Source of the DNA: Octopus sinensis
Taxonomy: Eukaryota
Assembly: GCF_006345805.1 (NCBI RefSeq)
Contig: NC_043012.1
Span: 55,366,001 to 55,430,000, forward strand
DNA: 64,000 nt
Direction: 5' to 3'
The notes under the pieces were generated by a model. That model was not told the DNA's origin. It made no database searches and was given only the letters and a program-made list of their open reading frames with translations. Within the stretch, counting starts at the first letter, position 1. Each line of letters begins with the position of its first letter. Both the position numbers and the translations under genes were made by a program. Shown here one piece after another: positions 1-12,832 of the stretch.

Positions 1-290
1 AGTTTTTATCCATGAGTGACATCAATTTGATTTCTTGATGGGAAATATAAACAGAATTGTGATTTTCGTGTTCTTGCTTTATATTTTCGTTTTTTTTAAA
101 AAATATTTCTCTTTTTCAAAGTCAATGAAGAAATGATCCGAGAGAATAAACAATCAACAAGAAGTTCAGCCATTTTGATTTTTCTAGTTTTTTTTTTTTT
201 ATTACCAACTCAGAAGAGGAACGTCAACATCCATTACCCAGTTCAAGCACTAGTGTGCCGCCCCCGAACCCCACAAAACACACACATTGC

Positions 291-359
291 CTACTGCTAC
301 TACTACTACTACTACTACTGCTGCTGCTGCCGCCACTACTACTACTACTACTGCTGCTG

Positions 360-392
<33 letters not shown>

Positions 393-449
393 CAGCTGCT
401 GCTGCTACCACTACTACTATTACTCCAGCTGCTACTGCTGCTGCTGCTG

Positions 450-501
<52 letters not shown>
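291..501. repeat. Compound (CTA)n/(CTG)n trinucleotide array
   Basis: Directly visible; explains the poly-Y/L/T ORFs at 133-649. Confidence 0.95.
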
Positions 502-872
502 CCGAGAGTGCGGCCCCTTTAAAAGTGCCGTCCGAGGTGGACTGCCCTTGACTACGCTAGTGAATTTAAGGGTTCCGATATTGGTGAGAAGAAAAGAAGT
601 TTGGTACCGTCAAAACAGAGATCCGTGTGAATTACTTGCAGCAAAGTAGACTCCACTAAGGATATTTAAGGGTCACGCTGTGGTGTTAGATTGGGTGACG
701 GATTAGCTTAAGTCTACGAGGACAGAATCTTTACCCACCCCACCCCACCCCACCCCACTCTCTACTCACATCTACGCCATTCCTCGCAACTTTCTGTCAA
801 CAAAATTTAACTCACAAAGCATTGGTCGATCTGAAGTTGTTGCTCTACCGTTATACTATTGCTATGCGGCTA

Positions 873-946
873 ATACTACTGCTGCTGCTGCTGTTGCTAC
901 TACTACTACAACATCTACTGTGGTATGCTGCTGCTACTTCTACTGT

Positions 947-977
<31 letters not shown>

Positions 978-1044
978 ACCACTACTACTACCACTCCAGC
1001 TGCTGCTGCTGCTACCACGACTACTAACACTCCAGCTGCTGCTG

Positions 1045-1077
<33 letters not shown>

Positions 1078-1261
1078 TACTACTCCAGCTGCTGTTGCTG
1101 CTGCTGCTACTACTACTACTACTACTCCAGCTGCTGTTGCTGCTGCTGCTACTACTGCTGCTGCTGCTACTACTACTACTACTACTACTACTACTATTAC
1201 TACTACAACTAGAACTATGCTGCTACTACTACTATTACTGCAATTGCAGCTGCTGCTGCTG

Positions 1262-1303
<42 letters not shown>

Positions 1304-1323
1304 TACTACTACTACCACCACTA
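873..1323. repeat. Compound (CTA)n/(CTG)n array with recurring CTCCAG interruptions
   Basis: Directly visible; same motif grammar as 291-501. Confidence 0.95.
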
Positions 1324-1579
1324 CATCACGTAAGGAATTGCACGGTAGCAGACGTAGACCTAACCTCACCACCGTTATCTTTATCATCCATTTTTCAGTC
1401 CAGAAGAGAAGCAGCTTGGAAGATATAGAAGTCGGTTTACCATTTGAAAGGTCTTGAGTTCAAATCCCCAACAGGCAGGAGTCGTAGTATGCATCGTGGA
1501 ACTGCAATTGCTTACAGTAAATTCTACATTTCACGGAAGTGTCGGCAATAAGAACCAGATTCTCTAGGAATGATATCGT

Positions 1580-1607
1580 TGTGTGTGTGTATGTATGTGC
1601 GCGCGCG

Positions 1608-1644
<37 letters not shown>

Positions 1645-1940
1645 AATTCATGTTTGTGAGTGTATCTGTGTATGAATGTGTGTTTATTTGTGTGAATGTG
1701 TTGTGCGTATGGGTATGTGTATGTGGTGTGTACTGTTGTCTATTATGTGTGTGTGTGTTTTCTGTATGTGTATGTGTGTGTGTGTGCAAGTGTGTATGTA
1801 TGTATGTATGTATGTATGTATGCATTTTCTGTATGTGCGTTACTGTACATGTTTATGTGTGCTATTGCAGTGTTTGTATGTGTGCGTTTGTGTGGGTGGG
1901 GTGGGTGGAGTGTATTTCTCTCTGTGTTAGTGTGTGTGTA

Positions 1941-1996
<56 letters not shown>

Positions 1997-2109
1997 ACTG
2001 TGCGTATATATTTGTGTTTAGTTATGCGTTTATGTGTAACTACGTGTGACATTCTGACTGCGTAGGAGTGTGAGGTTGTGAGCATGTAACTGTCTGCATA
2101 CGTGAGTAT

Positions 2110-2145
<36 letters not shown>

Positions 2146-2360
2146 GTGTATGTGTGTGTATGTATGTATGCAAGTGTAGGCCCTGTTTTGTGTTTGTGTG
2201 AAAGTACGTATGATTACGTATTTTACTGTGTCTACATGTATAGCTATGTGTGTGTATGTGTCTGCTGTTGTTTTTATGTTTATGTGTGTGTGTAAGTCTA
2301 TGGAACCAGTTTCACCGATACACACACCACACACACACACACACACACATATATATACGC
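1580..2360. repeat. (GT)n/(GTAT)n microsatellite-rich block
   Basis: Directly visible. Confidence 0.9.
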
Positions 2361-4123
2361 ACTCATTCACACAGAGAAAATATTCATTTTGCAACTCAAC
2401 GATGGAGATTCTACACAGTTGTCCAACCTGCAAAAAATAGCAACCAAATTTACCTTTATAAAGAAAAAGAGAAGGTCACTTTGAATAATGTAGTTTTAGA
2501 TACATACTTACATCTGAAAATAAAAAGACGGTTGGTCACTTCTGGGATGGCTTTGATAATCGGTCCGCTCGATGACAATAACCTTTCACAAGGTTTTTAA
2601 ACAAAACAAACCATAATCCTGCTTCATGTGTTGAAAGGATTATCTTCCTTGTCATAACTGCGACCGCTAGAGGACCGTATATGTTTAACACATATATGAT
2701 TCAAAATTTTCGAAGTATTAACCTCGTCTTCAGAGACGAGAGATGTTTTTAATATATATATATATTTGGGCTGTTTCAATCGATTTGATCTCCAATCGTC
2801 ATCTGATGTCGTATGCTTAATTCCATAAATTTTTGTTTCATTCTAGGGTGATTTTATTATGATACTATGTCAGATATATGAACTCGCCACTTTCTTTGGA
2901 AAACGTTGAAGCAAAACCGAAAAATAAAAAAGCAACAAATCTATATTGAATGTATTGCACGCTCGGAATCGAGAGTACGGTTGGTAGCATATTTCTCATG
3001 TACACACAACAATGTAAGCGTCATATGGTCGGCTTCAAATGTCCTCTTACCATCGCCTAAATCTTTCTACATGTCAGTTATAAATAAAAACTCATGATCT
3101 GCTTTTGTGTTTGCATGTTCTGATATGATAGCTTCTACAGTTATTGCTGTCTTCAAAATATATTCTTCAGATTTGGAGCCCTAACTTCAACCCACCGAGA
3201 CAGAAGACCCTAATTTATGAATCGAGATGTTTCTACATTTTTGGCGAACAATATTACCCACCAAGGGCGAGAGTCAACACGATGGCTTCCATATTCATGT
3301 TTAATACGTTTCGGCAAATTCGAACGTGAAAATGCTAGAAAAACACCTTTGAGACGAATATGTGATTAATTCATTAGCATAAAGAAACTTTACGACACTC
3401 TGCATTTCAACATCGTTGTGTCTTGTCAGCCAAAGTAACCCTGGACTCAATCGATCAATCTTCGATGGAGTTTAACCATCGATCCCAGTCAGTCGAGAGT
3501 CACGGTACGAGTTGCGGTATTCATCCTTTCGATCGCTGAAAACAAAACGTGGCTCGCGAGACCTCCGCTCGGGTGATTTTCCTGAATCCTGTACACCAAT
3601 CAGCTACAAGGTTCATTTACAGCTCAGTGGACTGGAGTAACGGGAAATGAAGTTTTGTTCACAGCCATTTCTGAAAATCGAAACCACGCTCGCGCAATCG
3701 TGAATGCGACACCCGAATCACTTGGCCACGTGCCTTCATCTTAGACTAATGAACCTAACAAGTTTCTGTGGCTTTTGTTTAAACTTCATCGAATAAATTG
3801 CTTGCTGATGCGTGCTGTTATCTGCCAACCGATGATAGATTGTCATGTACGCGGTAAAGAGTGATAATCGGAATGCTGACCTACATATTCATTGTTAACA
3901 TTTTCCAGCAAAATCAAAATAATATTGATCAAACTAAAGCAAATCCATATCTCTGTACTAGAAACAGTCAAATGGAATGTCTACATGAAGTACTATGGAG
4001 AACAATAACATTTGTCATTCATTCAAGAAAGCTTCCAGAAAAACAACGGAGTGATGTATGGGGGAATCACTCCATACTATAAGAGCCCTTCTAGGTAGTA
4101 CTATTCACCTGTCACAATACGAA

Positions 4124-4520
4124 AGGCGGCGAGCTGGCAGAATCGTTAGCACGCCGAACGAAATACATAGCGGATATTCCGTCTGACGTTACGTTGCGAG
4201 TTCAAATTCCGCCGAGGTCGACTTTGCCTTTCATCCTTTCGGGGTCGATAAATTAAGTACCAGTTACGCACTGGGGTCGATGTAATCGACTTAATACCTA
4301 TGTCTGTCCTTGTTTGTCCCCTTGTGGGCAATAAAGAAATAGGTATTCCGTCTGCCGTTACGTTCTGAGTTCAAATTCCGCCGAGGTCGACTTTGCCTTT
4401 CATCCTTTCGGGGTCGATTAAATAAGTACCAGTCATGCAGTGGGGTTTATGTAATCGACTTTATCACTTTGTCTGTCCTTGTTTGTTCCCTCTGCGTTTA
4501 GCCCTCTGTGGGCAATAAAT
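4124..4520 (+). mobile_element. SINE family A (tRNA-derived head, Nin/Deu-like central domain): full copy 4124-4340 plus 5'-truncated tandem copy 4342-4520
   Basis: Head GGCGGCGAGCTGGCAGAATCGTTAGC, B-box GAGTTCAAATTCC, central GCCTTTCATCCTTTCGGGGTCGATAAATTAAGTACC; near-identical copies at 8082, 20393, 37565 and 49079. Confidence 0.9.
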
Positions 4521-4959
4521 ATATACGACTGTCAATAAAACAACTTTTACTTGGATGAATGTTAGAACCTGGAGAGGCTTCGCTTTGGCAGTTTAATCCT
4601 AACAATAAATGTGAGCCAATTGGGGGTGGTGGTTTCAATTTAAATTAATTCACCTTACTTATCATTATGCTCGTATCGATAACTATCAGATCGCACTGAG
4701 CCTGTCTCTACTTAAAATATACTCTCATCTGGAATATATCGAACCAAACTCTGATTCCAATGAAGAAAGTTTCGCTTCTAATGGACGCGATGTCAACTTG
4801 TTGAAATTACCCGACTCGGGTAAACTCTGGATCCGCTGATGGATGCTGCGCTGCTGATTTCCGTAGTGATTTGCTGAGAGGCTGGGATCGGCGAGCAACA
4901 TGCTTGCGGAAACAGCCCAATAGTGTGGGGTGGGGGCGCTAAGCAGTGATGTGTATAAA

Positions 4960-5269
4960 TGCAACGTTATTACCTGTTCGAATTTGCCAGTGGCAAGTTC
5001 GAACTCGTAAACAGGCCATTCACTGCGTTTTGTCATGGCGAAAATTTCTCGCTGCAGACAAATGTAAAAGACGCTGCGAACTGATTTAGGTAAATACACC
5101 TAAATCAGATCGCAGCACCGATTATCCAGACTGGCGCTGCGAGCTGATTTAGGTGTATTCAGACCATTTGTCTACAGCGAAAAATTTTCTCCATGACAAA
5201 ACACAGTGAATGGCTTGTTTACAAGTTCGAACTTGCCAATGGCATATTCGAACTGATAATAACATTGCA
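4960..5269. mobile_element. Foldback/MITE-like element with about 105-bp inverted arms
   Basis: Arms 4960-5064 and 5165-5269 are about 90% reverse-complementary, with several mismatches at CpG; the spacer contains repeated and inverted CTGATTTAGGT motifs. No clear TSD. Confidence 0.75.
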
Positions 5270-5951
5270 GTCCAGTATTGATCCAGCTATTGAAGACGAA
5301 ATCAAAATTCCTGCTCTTCAATTTCTTTGTCGCTCATCAAGATCCGGAAAGCACCGCAAAGATTAAGTCTTTAAAGCACCGGTGAATGCTATGACGTCAT
5401 TATTGCTGCTTCCTTTAGACATTCCCGATGCATTATGGTATACATTAGTGCAAGTTTGGCAGTCAGCCATTTACTATAAATACGATATTGTTACTTATGC
5501 TTTGAATACTAAAATTGAACGTTTTAGCCGATAAAACAAATTGATTCACGGCAATTGTTTATCATCATTTCAGTCGATAGTCTTAGCAATAACCACCTCC
5601 GATCAAGTAGAACTGCAATTAAAGACATTTCAGCCATGTCACACTCGAATTATAATCAGACATGTACTATGTCTGATTATAATATGATTATAACATATAT
5701 AATATGATTATAATATAATTATGATACATATGTCTAAAACTATATCACCTACTGAGTCTCTCGTTATTTTTTAGACCACAGAGTCTGATTTGAGGGAGAC
5801 TTGGGTGCTGTTTCTAGCAGGCTAAAAGACTGTGTAGAGAAGCGGTTACCATTCAGGGGTCCGAAGACCTCTATGGATTCGTAAAGGTAGTATTGTGGAT
5901 CTATGGATTTTTTTCAAAATTTTAAAAGGCCGCAGAGTAAAATAAACATGT

Positions 5952-6105
5952 TTGTATTTCTGTTTTCTTGCACCACCATCGTTTGACCACTGGTGTTGGC
6001 TTGTTTACGTCCTCGTAACTTTGCGATCGGCAAAAGAGTCCAGCAGAATAAGTACTAGACTATATGAATATGTAAGCCCTTCAGGGCGGTGCCCCAGTAT
6101 GGCCA
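5952..6105 (+). mobile_element. SINE family B, 3' tail fragment
   Basis: Matches the tail of the full copy at 61429-61854 (GTTTACGTCC..CGGCAAAAGAG..GAATAAGTACTAG..GGCGGTGCCCCAG). Confidence 0.7.
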
Positions 6106-6182
6106 CAAGACAATAGCTCCTCCCTCCTTGGAATATTATGGGTAAAAGACGATAAGTATTTTCTATTTACTATGTGTTGCCG

Positions 6183-6415
6183 TGGTTGTTGTTGTTGTTG
6201 TTCAGATCCAGGTTTACTCCAATTGTGCTGACCTTTAATCAAAACATTCCAGTAGTGACCATCCCGTCTTTTTAGGGTTATCCAGGACTACACTATGCAA
6301 CATATTCTTACCGATTATTTAAGATGGTACTATGTGATTTGAAGGAGATTGTGGGTACGGTTTCTAGTTAGTTGAGGATATATAATACTGGACAAGCAGA
6401 TCAAATCCACCGTTT

Positions 6416-6468
<53 letters not shown>

Positions 6469-6700
6469 ATTTTTGTTTTTATTAACCTCACGTCCACCCT
6501 GATCGAGCATACATACGCTCAAAGACTTTCCACCTATGATCGTCCCGACTTGGTATGTCACGATGTATTTTGGACAACACCGGTGTGATAGACTGAATAG
6601 ACTATCACAACGGCTTTTTTTTGCTCGTTTAAAATTGCTGGGTATAATTTGTGGAAGATTTGGCTTCTATTTTGGGGGAGACAAACGACTATATAGAATA
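6183..6700 (-). mobile_element. Two fragments of SINE-like family D with (AAC)n tail, flanking a (TAG)n tract at 6417-6468
   Basis: Shared CCCTGATCGAGCA..ATCAAA..TTCCA..TGACCATCCCGTCTTT motif, also seen at 2525-2600 (opposite strand) and 23465-23545. Confidence 0.5.
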
Positions 6701-7830
6701 CTCATTTGGTCAGCGCAAATAATAATTAGCAAATCAGTTCAATTAGTCGCCGGGAATACGTTCCAAATCACTTGGGAATCTTTCCTGTGGTAAGCACTGC
6801 ACCTTAACATCTCTCGGACGTTTAGAAAAAAATACTTACCTTTTCTTTTAGCCGTTTAATCAAGGAAGGAAGTGTACGCGTAAATCTCTTTCATGGCCTC
6901 CGAGACATATAAGAGAGAGTTACACTCAGATCCGAGGCCCAGCCTAAATGCTCGCAACAATAGTGTTAATACTGAATGATAGTGTTAAACCGGGTAGCGG
7001 AATTAGTCTACCACCCAGGAACAGTGGTAATAACAGTAAGAAGTTAATGAAAGCTACCCAAGAACATGTAGTGATGCTAAACCGGATGACGGAGTAAGGT
7101 CTCCCGCCAAAGAATTTCAGATGAGAAATACGTAGCCAGTAAACGTATCCGATGTCCAGGCTGTAATGTTGCGTTTAGCATCAAAGAAATTGGAAGGGAA
7201 AGGGCCCCGACCCTTCCATTGTCTCACTCGAATTTGAAATAATTGATTGAAAATTCAATTTTCTTCCAGGCCACCCCCTAAGCCAAACTCCCACAACTAT
7301 ATTAATCTTATAATTCATTTTTTAATCCTATTTATTTAAAACTCAATAGTAATAAGTAATGTACGCATTAGATTTACTAATAACTGGGCGAGACAGAGAC
7401 AAAAAATGCAGATATTGATAACCTTTGTGTTCATTAAAAAACCTACTTATAATTTACCATTTATATCATGGTAAATCCTCGTTGTTGTTATATCAGGCGT
7501 TTGATTCCGGGGTTGGGCTGGGCATTGCTTTCTTGAGCAAGGCAGTTTCTTCCGCGTGGCTCCAGTCAAACTAAAGCTGAAAGAATGTTCTAGCAGCAGC
7601 TGGGATTGATATTGTGATAGACCAGAGTTCTGCCTAGAGGGAACTTTCAAGTATATGAGTAGCGAGCGCCAGACGTTTAATTTATATTATAGAAAGCTGG
7701 TCAGAATACCTGTCTCTCATGGCCTTGATTCTCTCTCTCTCCTTATCGCTCTCCATCCCTCTCTTTCTCTCCCTCTCTCTCCTTCTCTCCCTCTTTCTTT
7801 CTCCCCCTCTCTCTCTCTCTCTCTCTCTTT

Positions 7831-7863
<33 letters not shown>

Positions 7864-8081
7864 CACATATTCATCCATGCACATATATCTGTTTTAATTG
7901 TACAAGCAAAAAGGCGGACAACTCGATGTTTCGGCTTAGTAACCGTCATAAGACTGTAAATTAGTTTGTTATTGCATGGCTTCTATATACTTTTCTCGGG
8001 TTCAACTTCTGAGTGGAGCAATATGGCGGCAAAAGAGGTGTGACATTGTAGTGTATTTCTGTGAGCAGAAAAGTTTTGACT

Positions 8082-8313
8082 AGGTGGCGAGCTGGCAGAA
8101 ACGTTAGCGCGCCGGCCGAAATGCTTAGCGGTATTTCGTCTGCCTCTACGTTCTGAGTCCAAATTCCGCCGAGGTCGACTTTGCCTTTCATCCTTTCGGG
8201 GTCGATAAATTAAGTACCAGTTACGCACTGGGGTCGATATAACCGACTTAATCCGTTTGTCTGTCCTTGTTTGTCCCCTCTATGTTTAGCCCCTTGTAGG
8301 CAATAAAGAAATA
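8082..8313 (+). mobile_element. SINE family A with 13-bp TSD
   Basis: Full copy; TSD AGAAAAGTTTTGA (8067-8079) / AGAAAAGTCTTGA (8314-8326). Confidence 0.92.
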
Positions 8314-9130
8314 AGAAAAGTCTTGATAATATCTAATGGCTATGAATTCAACGAAATTGAAACACCATATATCGAAGCATTTCGCAATAGCTGATAGAAA
8401 AAAACATTCCAATACAGAAACAACACCACACCGATAGTAACTTAGAAGCCTGAAACAAACAAGAAAAATTACCTGCTTCGTTTCACCTTTCAATCTATAA
8501 GTCTCTACGCCAATAACGGGTTTCTTCTTCAAAACACTTCAAACACACTTCTACCCTAACCATAAGTATCACAAACACAAATGTATAAATAAACACAATG
8601 TGGCAATATCACATTATACAACTAGCTACTTTGAAAACATATACCAAAGCAGAGCGAATCAAAATTATCTATATATGAAAACTTACACTATATACCCAAC
8701 CCAACAAATTGCAATTGTAACACCTTTCATCCTGCCCTTTAGACCATAATTTACTTTGTATTTATCATAATTTATAGCGCATCAGTAACCTCCAACACCA
8801 CAAACATGACTTCAATCTCATTTATAAGTTTCACTGGTAACTGGTTCAAAACAAAATACCATCAACACACAGATACATTTCGTAACTCAAATAAGAAAAA
8901 CGATACATTATTTTTCTAAATATATATGGTCATTGAAGCCCAAAGCATTCTACGTAGCATTAATTGAATATTATTGAGATCCGCACAAAAATAGCAAGTA
9001 AATAATAGACCTTTCCTACATTACACCGCTTAATTCAATTCCTTCTCTAAAATTAGACACTGGACCGCAATTCAGAGTTAGTCTCTTTCTGTAAACTTAG
9101 AATCTTTAAAACACGACGCTATTTTAAAAC
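8314..9130 (+). pseudogene. Decayed Penelope-like element (PLE) ORF: RT C-terminal/linker region and GIY-YIG endonuclease
   Basis: Manual translation: FNEIETPYIEAFRNS; RKITCFVSPFNL*VSTPITGFFFKTLQTHFYPNHKYHK..NKHNVAISHY (from 8462); NCNC..CPL (from 8707); IIYSASVT..FISFTGNWFKTKYHQHTDTFRNSNKKNDTL[fs]SKYIWSLK (8767-8938); SELVSFCK (about 9072). These follow, in order, the PLE motifs RxIIWFNPPFS-IGxxFLxLIDKHFP-FNxNTVKxSYS-CNC..CPL-VVYxAxV-YIGxT..FKxRY..H..SFR-LSKYIWxLK-SELVSxCRH. Too interrupted to show in the ORF track. Confidence 0.8.
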
Positions 9131-9241
9131 AATAAATTTCTCCTGCAGCTAATTACGATAATTGCCTTGCTCCTGAAAAATAAACTCAGCTATCATATAT
9201 ATATATATATATATGTATATATATGTATATATATATGTATG

Positions 9242-9275
<34 letters not shown>

Positions 9276-9286
9276 TGTATGTATAC

Positions 9287-9321
<35 letters not shown>

Positions 9322-9494
9322 GTATACATAACATATCACTATGCGTATATTTTTATATGCATACGTGTGTTATCCATCATGTCATCAGTGCACGCATATT
9401 ACTACTCACGTATTTATATGAGCGATTCACATATATATCTAGGTATGACAAGTGTGGATACACACACACACACACACACACTTGTTGTACCTCG

Positions 9495-9808
9495 TGATTG
9501 TGAACGCGACGCCCACAATCATGATGTACGATTCCCAGACCGGGCTGTCTATTGTGTTCTTGAACAAGACACTTTATTTCACGTTGCTCCAGTTCACACA
9601 CCTGTAAAAATGAGTTGTGAAGTCACTGGTGCCAAGCTGTATCGGCCTTTGCTGTTCCCTTGGACAACATCAGTGTCGCGGAGAAGGGAGGCTGGTATGC
9701 ATGGGCGACTGCTGGTCTTCCATAAACAACCTTGCGAAGACCTGTGTCCCGGAGGGTAACTTTTAGGTGCAATCCCATGGGCATTCATGACCGAAGGGGG
9801 TCTTTCAC
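9495..9808 (+). mobile_element. SINE family C (CORE/Meta-like domain TGTGTTCTTGAACAAGACACTTTATTTCACGTTGCTCCAG)
   Basis: Related copies at 20672 (+), 21025 (-), 28690 (-), 36465 (-) and 40085 (+). Confidence 0.75.
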
Positions 9809-9984
9809 GTATGTATGTATATATGTAGGTAGGCAGGTAGGTAGATAGGTAGGTAGGTAGGTAGGTAGGTAGGTAGGTAGGTAGGTAGGTAGTATGTATG
9901 TATGTATGTATGTATGTATGTATGTAGGTAGGTAGGTAGGTAGGTAGGTAGGTATATATGAGAGTGCATGAATGTGTGTATGTA

Positions 9985-10258
9985 TGTGTATTTATATATA
10001 TATACAGATGTACATATAAATATACGTGGCGGTGTATTTATATGTATTTGTGTTTATTGAGCGAAAACACCTAAAAGCTCCACGAGGCTCCGGCAGAGGG
10101 TGGTGATCCCTGCTGTACTCTTTCACCACTCTTTCTTCTGTAGCCTGCTCGCTTAGCCAGCGGGGTGGCGTCATTTGAAGGCTAAAACAATGCGAACGCA
10201 TTGTGACCAGCGATGTGTAATAACATCTGATGGTCTGGTCGGTCACGTGATCACGTGA
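9985..10258. mobile_element. Unclassified interspersed element in a TA tract, with subterminal hairpin ACAATGCG-AA-CGCATTGT and terminal TCACGTGATCACGTGA palindrome
   Basis: GC-richer island between microsatellites; palindromes are visible. Class is inferred only (possibly Helitron/Helentron-like non-autonomous). Confidence 0.4.
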
Positions 10259-10372
10259 TATATATATATATACACACATATTTATATATGTATATTCATA
10301 TCTGCATTTGTATCACGTATATGTTTTTGAATGTAGGTGTATACGTATATATACCTACGATAGACATTTTTG

Positions 10373-10421
<49 letters not shown>

Positions 10422-10454
10422 TATATATATATATATAAATATAATATAATATAT

Positions 10455-10514
<60 letters not shown>

Positions 10515-10535
10515 TTATATATATATATCTTTTTC

Positions 10536-10850
10536 GAGGTCTGATGAATAAGTATGCGGACTGTTGACATAGTAACGAAGCCAAGCACGCAGAGTAAAGC
10601 CGCTTGGCAAAAATCGGGTTTAAACTCTGGTGTGCATGCACACTAAGTTTTATCATTCTAGCTCACTTGCGCTATTTACTGCAGTGCTTGGAAGGAAGGT
10701 CATTAGCGTGTGGTCACCACATTAGTCGTTTCATTTCTTTGTCATCTCTGTTCTTATTACCGCACTGTTGTTGACTAATGCTTCGTTCGGAAGCATACGT
10801 GTACAGAATTCTACATCAAGTTAGTATCGCAATGCCTGGGTGATACGTAC
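10536..10850 (+). mobile_element. Probable mariner terminal fragment
   Basis: Starts CGAGGTCTGATGAATAAGTATGCGGAC after a TA tract, resembling the mariner TIR at 18092; no partner TIR found. Confidence 0.35.
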
Positions 10851-10858
10851 ATACATGC

Positions 10859-10893
<35 letters not shown>

Positions 10894-11011
10894 TATTATA
10901 TATATAATATATATATATATATATAATAATAATAAATATTAGGGAATAAATCCAAATTTACAGGGAAAAAAATCAGATTTAGGATTAAATCCAATTTTAC
11001 AATAAAATATT

Positions 11012-11189
11012 ATATAATATTAATTAGAGACAAAACCACTATTTTGCAAACAAACAAGGAAAGACTTAATCAATACATAAAATTTTACTTTTTATTTTTA
11101 TTTTTTACTTTTTTTTACTTTTTATTAAAATTTTATGTATTGATTAAGTCTTTCCTTGTTGTTTTGCAAAATAGTGGTTTTGTCTCTAA

Positions 11190-11201
<12 letters not shown>
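11012..11201. repeat. Near-perfect 76-bp inverted repeat with 38-nt T-rich spacer
   Basis: Arms 11012-11087 and 11126-11201 differ only by an AAACAA/AACAAA swap. Confidence 0.9.
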
Positions 11202-11266
<65 letters not shown>

Positions 11267-12066
11267 TATATATATACATATAGATGTAGGTATGTACATA
11301 TGCATATAGATGTAGGTATGTACATATATGTATGTATGCATATGTTTTATTTGTTAAATTGTTATTATATGATTGAACGCTCGCGTCACTTTCTTATTTC
11401 TGCAAGTAAGTTTATTAATAATTATGACGCGCACTCTTTAACCCTTTACTTGACCTTTCCTTCCTGCCTGTCTGTCTTCCTCTCTACCTGTCTCTCTCCT
11501 TCTTATTTTTCACCCTTTCTGGTTTCCTTTCCTCTCTTTCTCTCTCTCTCACTCCTCCTCCTCTCTCTCACTCCTCCTCTCTCTGGCCGCTGACCGGACT
11601 ACTAAACTACCTTTCGCTCGCAGATTTCAACAAGCCAACATCGACTTCTTCTGTCTCTAGCAAGTCGATTTTCTGAATTGCGTTCCAACGAATTTTTCCA
11701 CCGTCTAGGCTTAAAATAGCCCTTAATGTTGGTTTCCTTGTCCTGTTTTTATTCTTTATGTGTACTGTATTTTTATTTGTATTGCTTTTACGTCCTGTTC
11801 TTGTCACTTTTTTCTTTTTTACTCTTCTGCAAAAGAATTTTATTTAATTCATTTTGCAGGAAGGGCTGTTTCGGCCGGATCGTGTTCTGCCCTTACCTTC
11901 GAAACACTCATTGAGTCGAACCAGGGGCAGCTGATGAAGGGGAATAATCCTTGTATTGTTTGTCTTGTACTCTGTTTTTTCGTTATTAAAAAAAGTCCGT
12001 TTCCTTGTTTGTTTTTATGTTTTCGTTTCTCGTTGTGTGTTCTACGTTTATTTGTGGTGTCCTGTA

Positions 12067-12140
<74 letters not shown>

Positions 12141-12256
12141 TCACATATAGATGTAGGTATGTACATATATATATGTATGTATGCATAGTTTTTATTGTTA
12201 AAATGTTATTATATGATTGAACGCCTCGCGTCACTTTCTTATTTCTCCAAGTAAGT

Positions 12257-12290
<34 letters not shown>

Positions 12291-12482
12291 ATATACGTAT
12301 ATACACATATATATGTGTAGACATACACAAACACATGTGAGAGTGTGAGTGTGTGTGTATGCGCGTATGTTTCAAAGTATAAAAGTTTGAAGTCTTACAT
12401 GCGCGTATTTGTGTCTGTGCATTTATGTGTTATATATATAGAGAGAGAGCGGAGGAAGAGAAAGGAAGGGAGAAAGACAGAG

Positions 12483-12532
<50 letters not shown>

Positions 12533-12609
12533 ACTGCCAATGGAATATTTAGATGAACAAAATCTATATTAACAATAAATAACAATACCCATCTTCATTT
12601 ATGCATATG

Positions 12610-12832
12610 TATGTGTGTGTGTGTATATGTTTGTGCGTCTGTGTTTGTCCCCCCAACATCGATTAACAACCGATGCTGATGTGTTTACGTCCCCGTAACT
12701 TAGCGGTTCAGCAAAAGAGAACGATAGAATAAGTACTAGGCTTCCAAATAATAAGTCCTGGGGTCGATTTGCTTGACTAAAGGCGGTGCTCCAGCATGGC
12801 TACAGTCAAATGACTGAAACAAGTAAAAGAGT
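12610..12832 (+). mobile_element. SINE family B, 3' half
   Basis: High similarity to 61640-61854. Confidence 0.85.

Noticed and set aside
133-1457. Long ORFs encoding poly-Leu/Thr/Tyr/Cys
   Set aside because: All frames are open simply because (CTA)n/(CTG)n lacks stops on this strand; no domain or splice support.
6840-7200. GC-richer segment ending in a perfect minus-strand donor AAG|GTAAGT
   Set aside because: All frames of the candidate exon contain stops; it weakly resembles the non-LTR 5' module. A non-coding exon cannot be excluded.
11895-11955. CGAAAC..CTGATGAAGGGG permuted hammerhead-like motif
   Set aside because: Stems I and III cannot be paired consistently.
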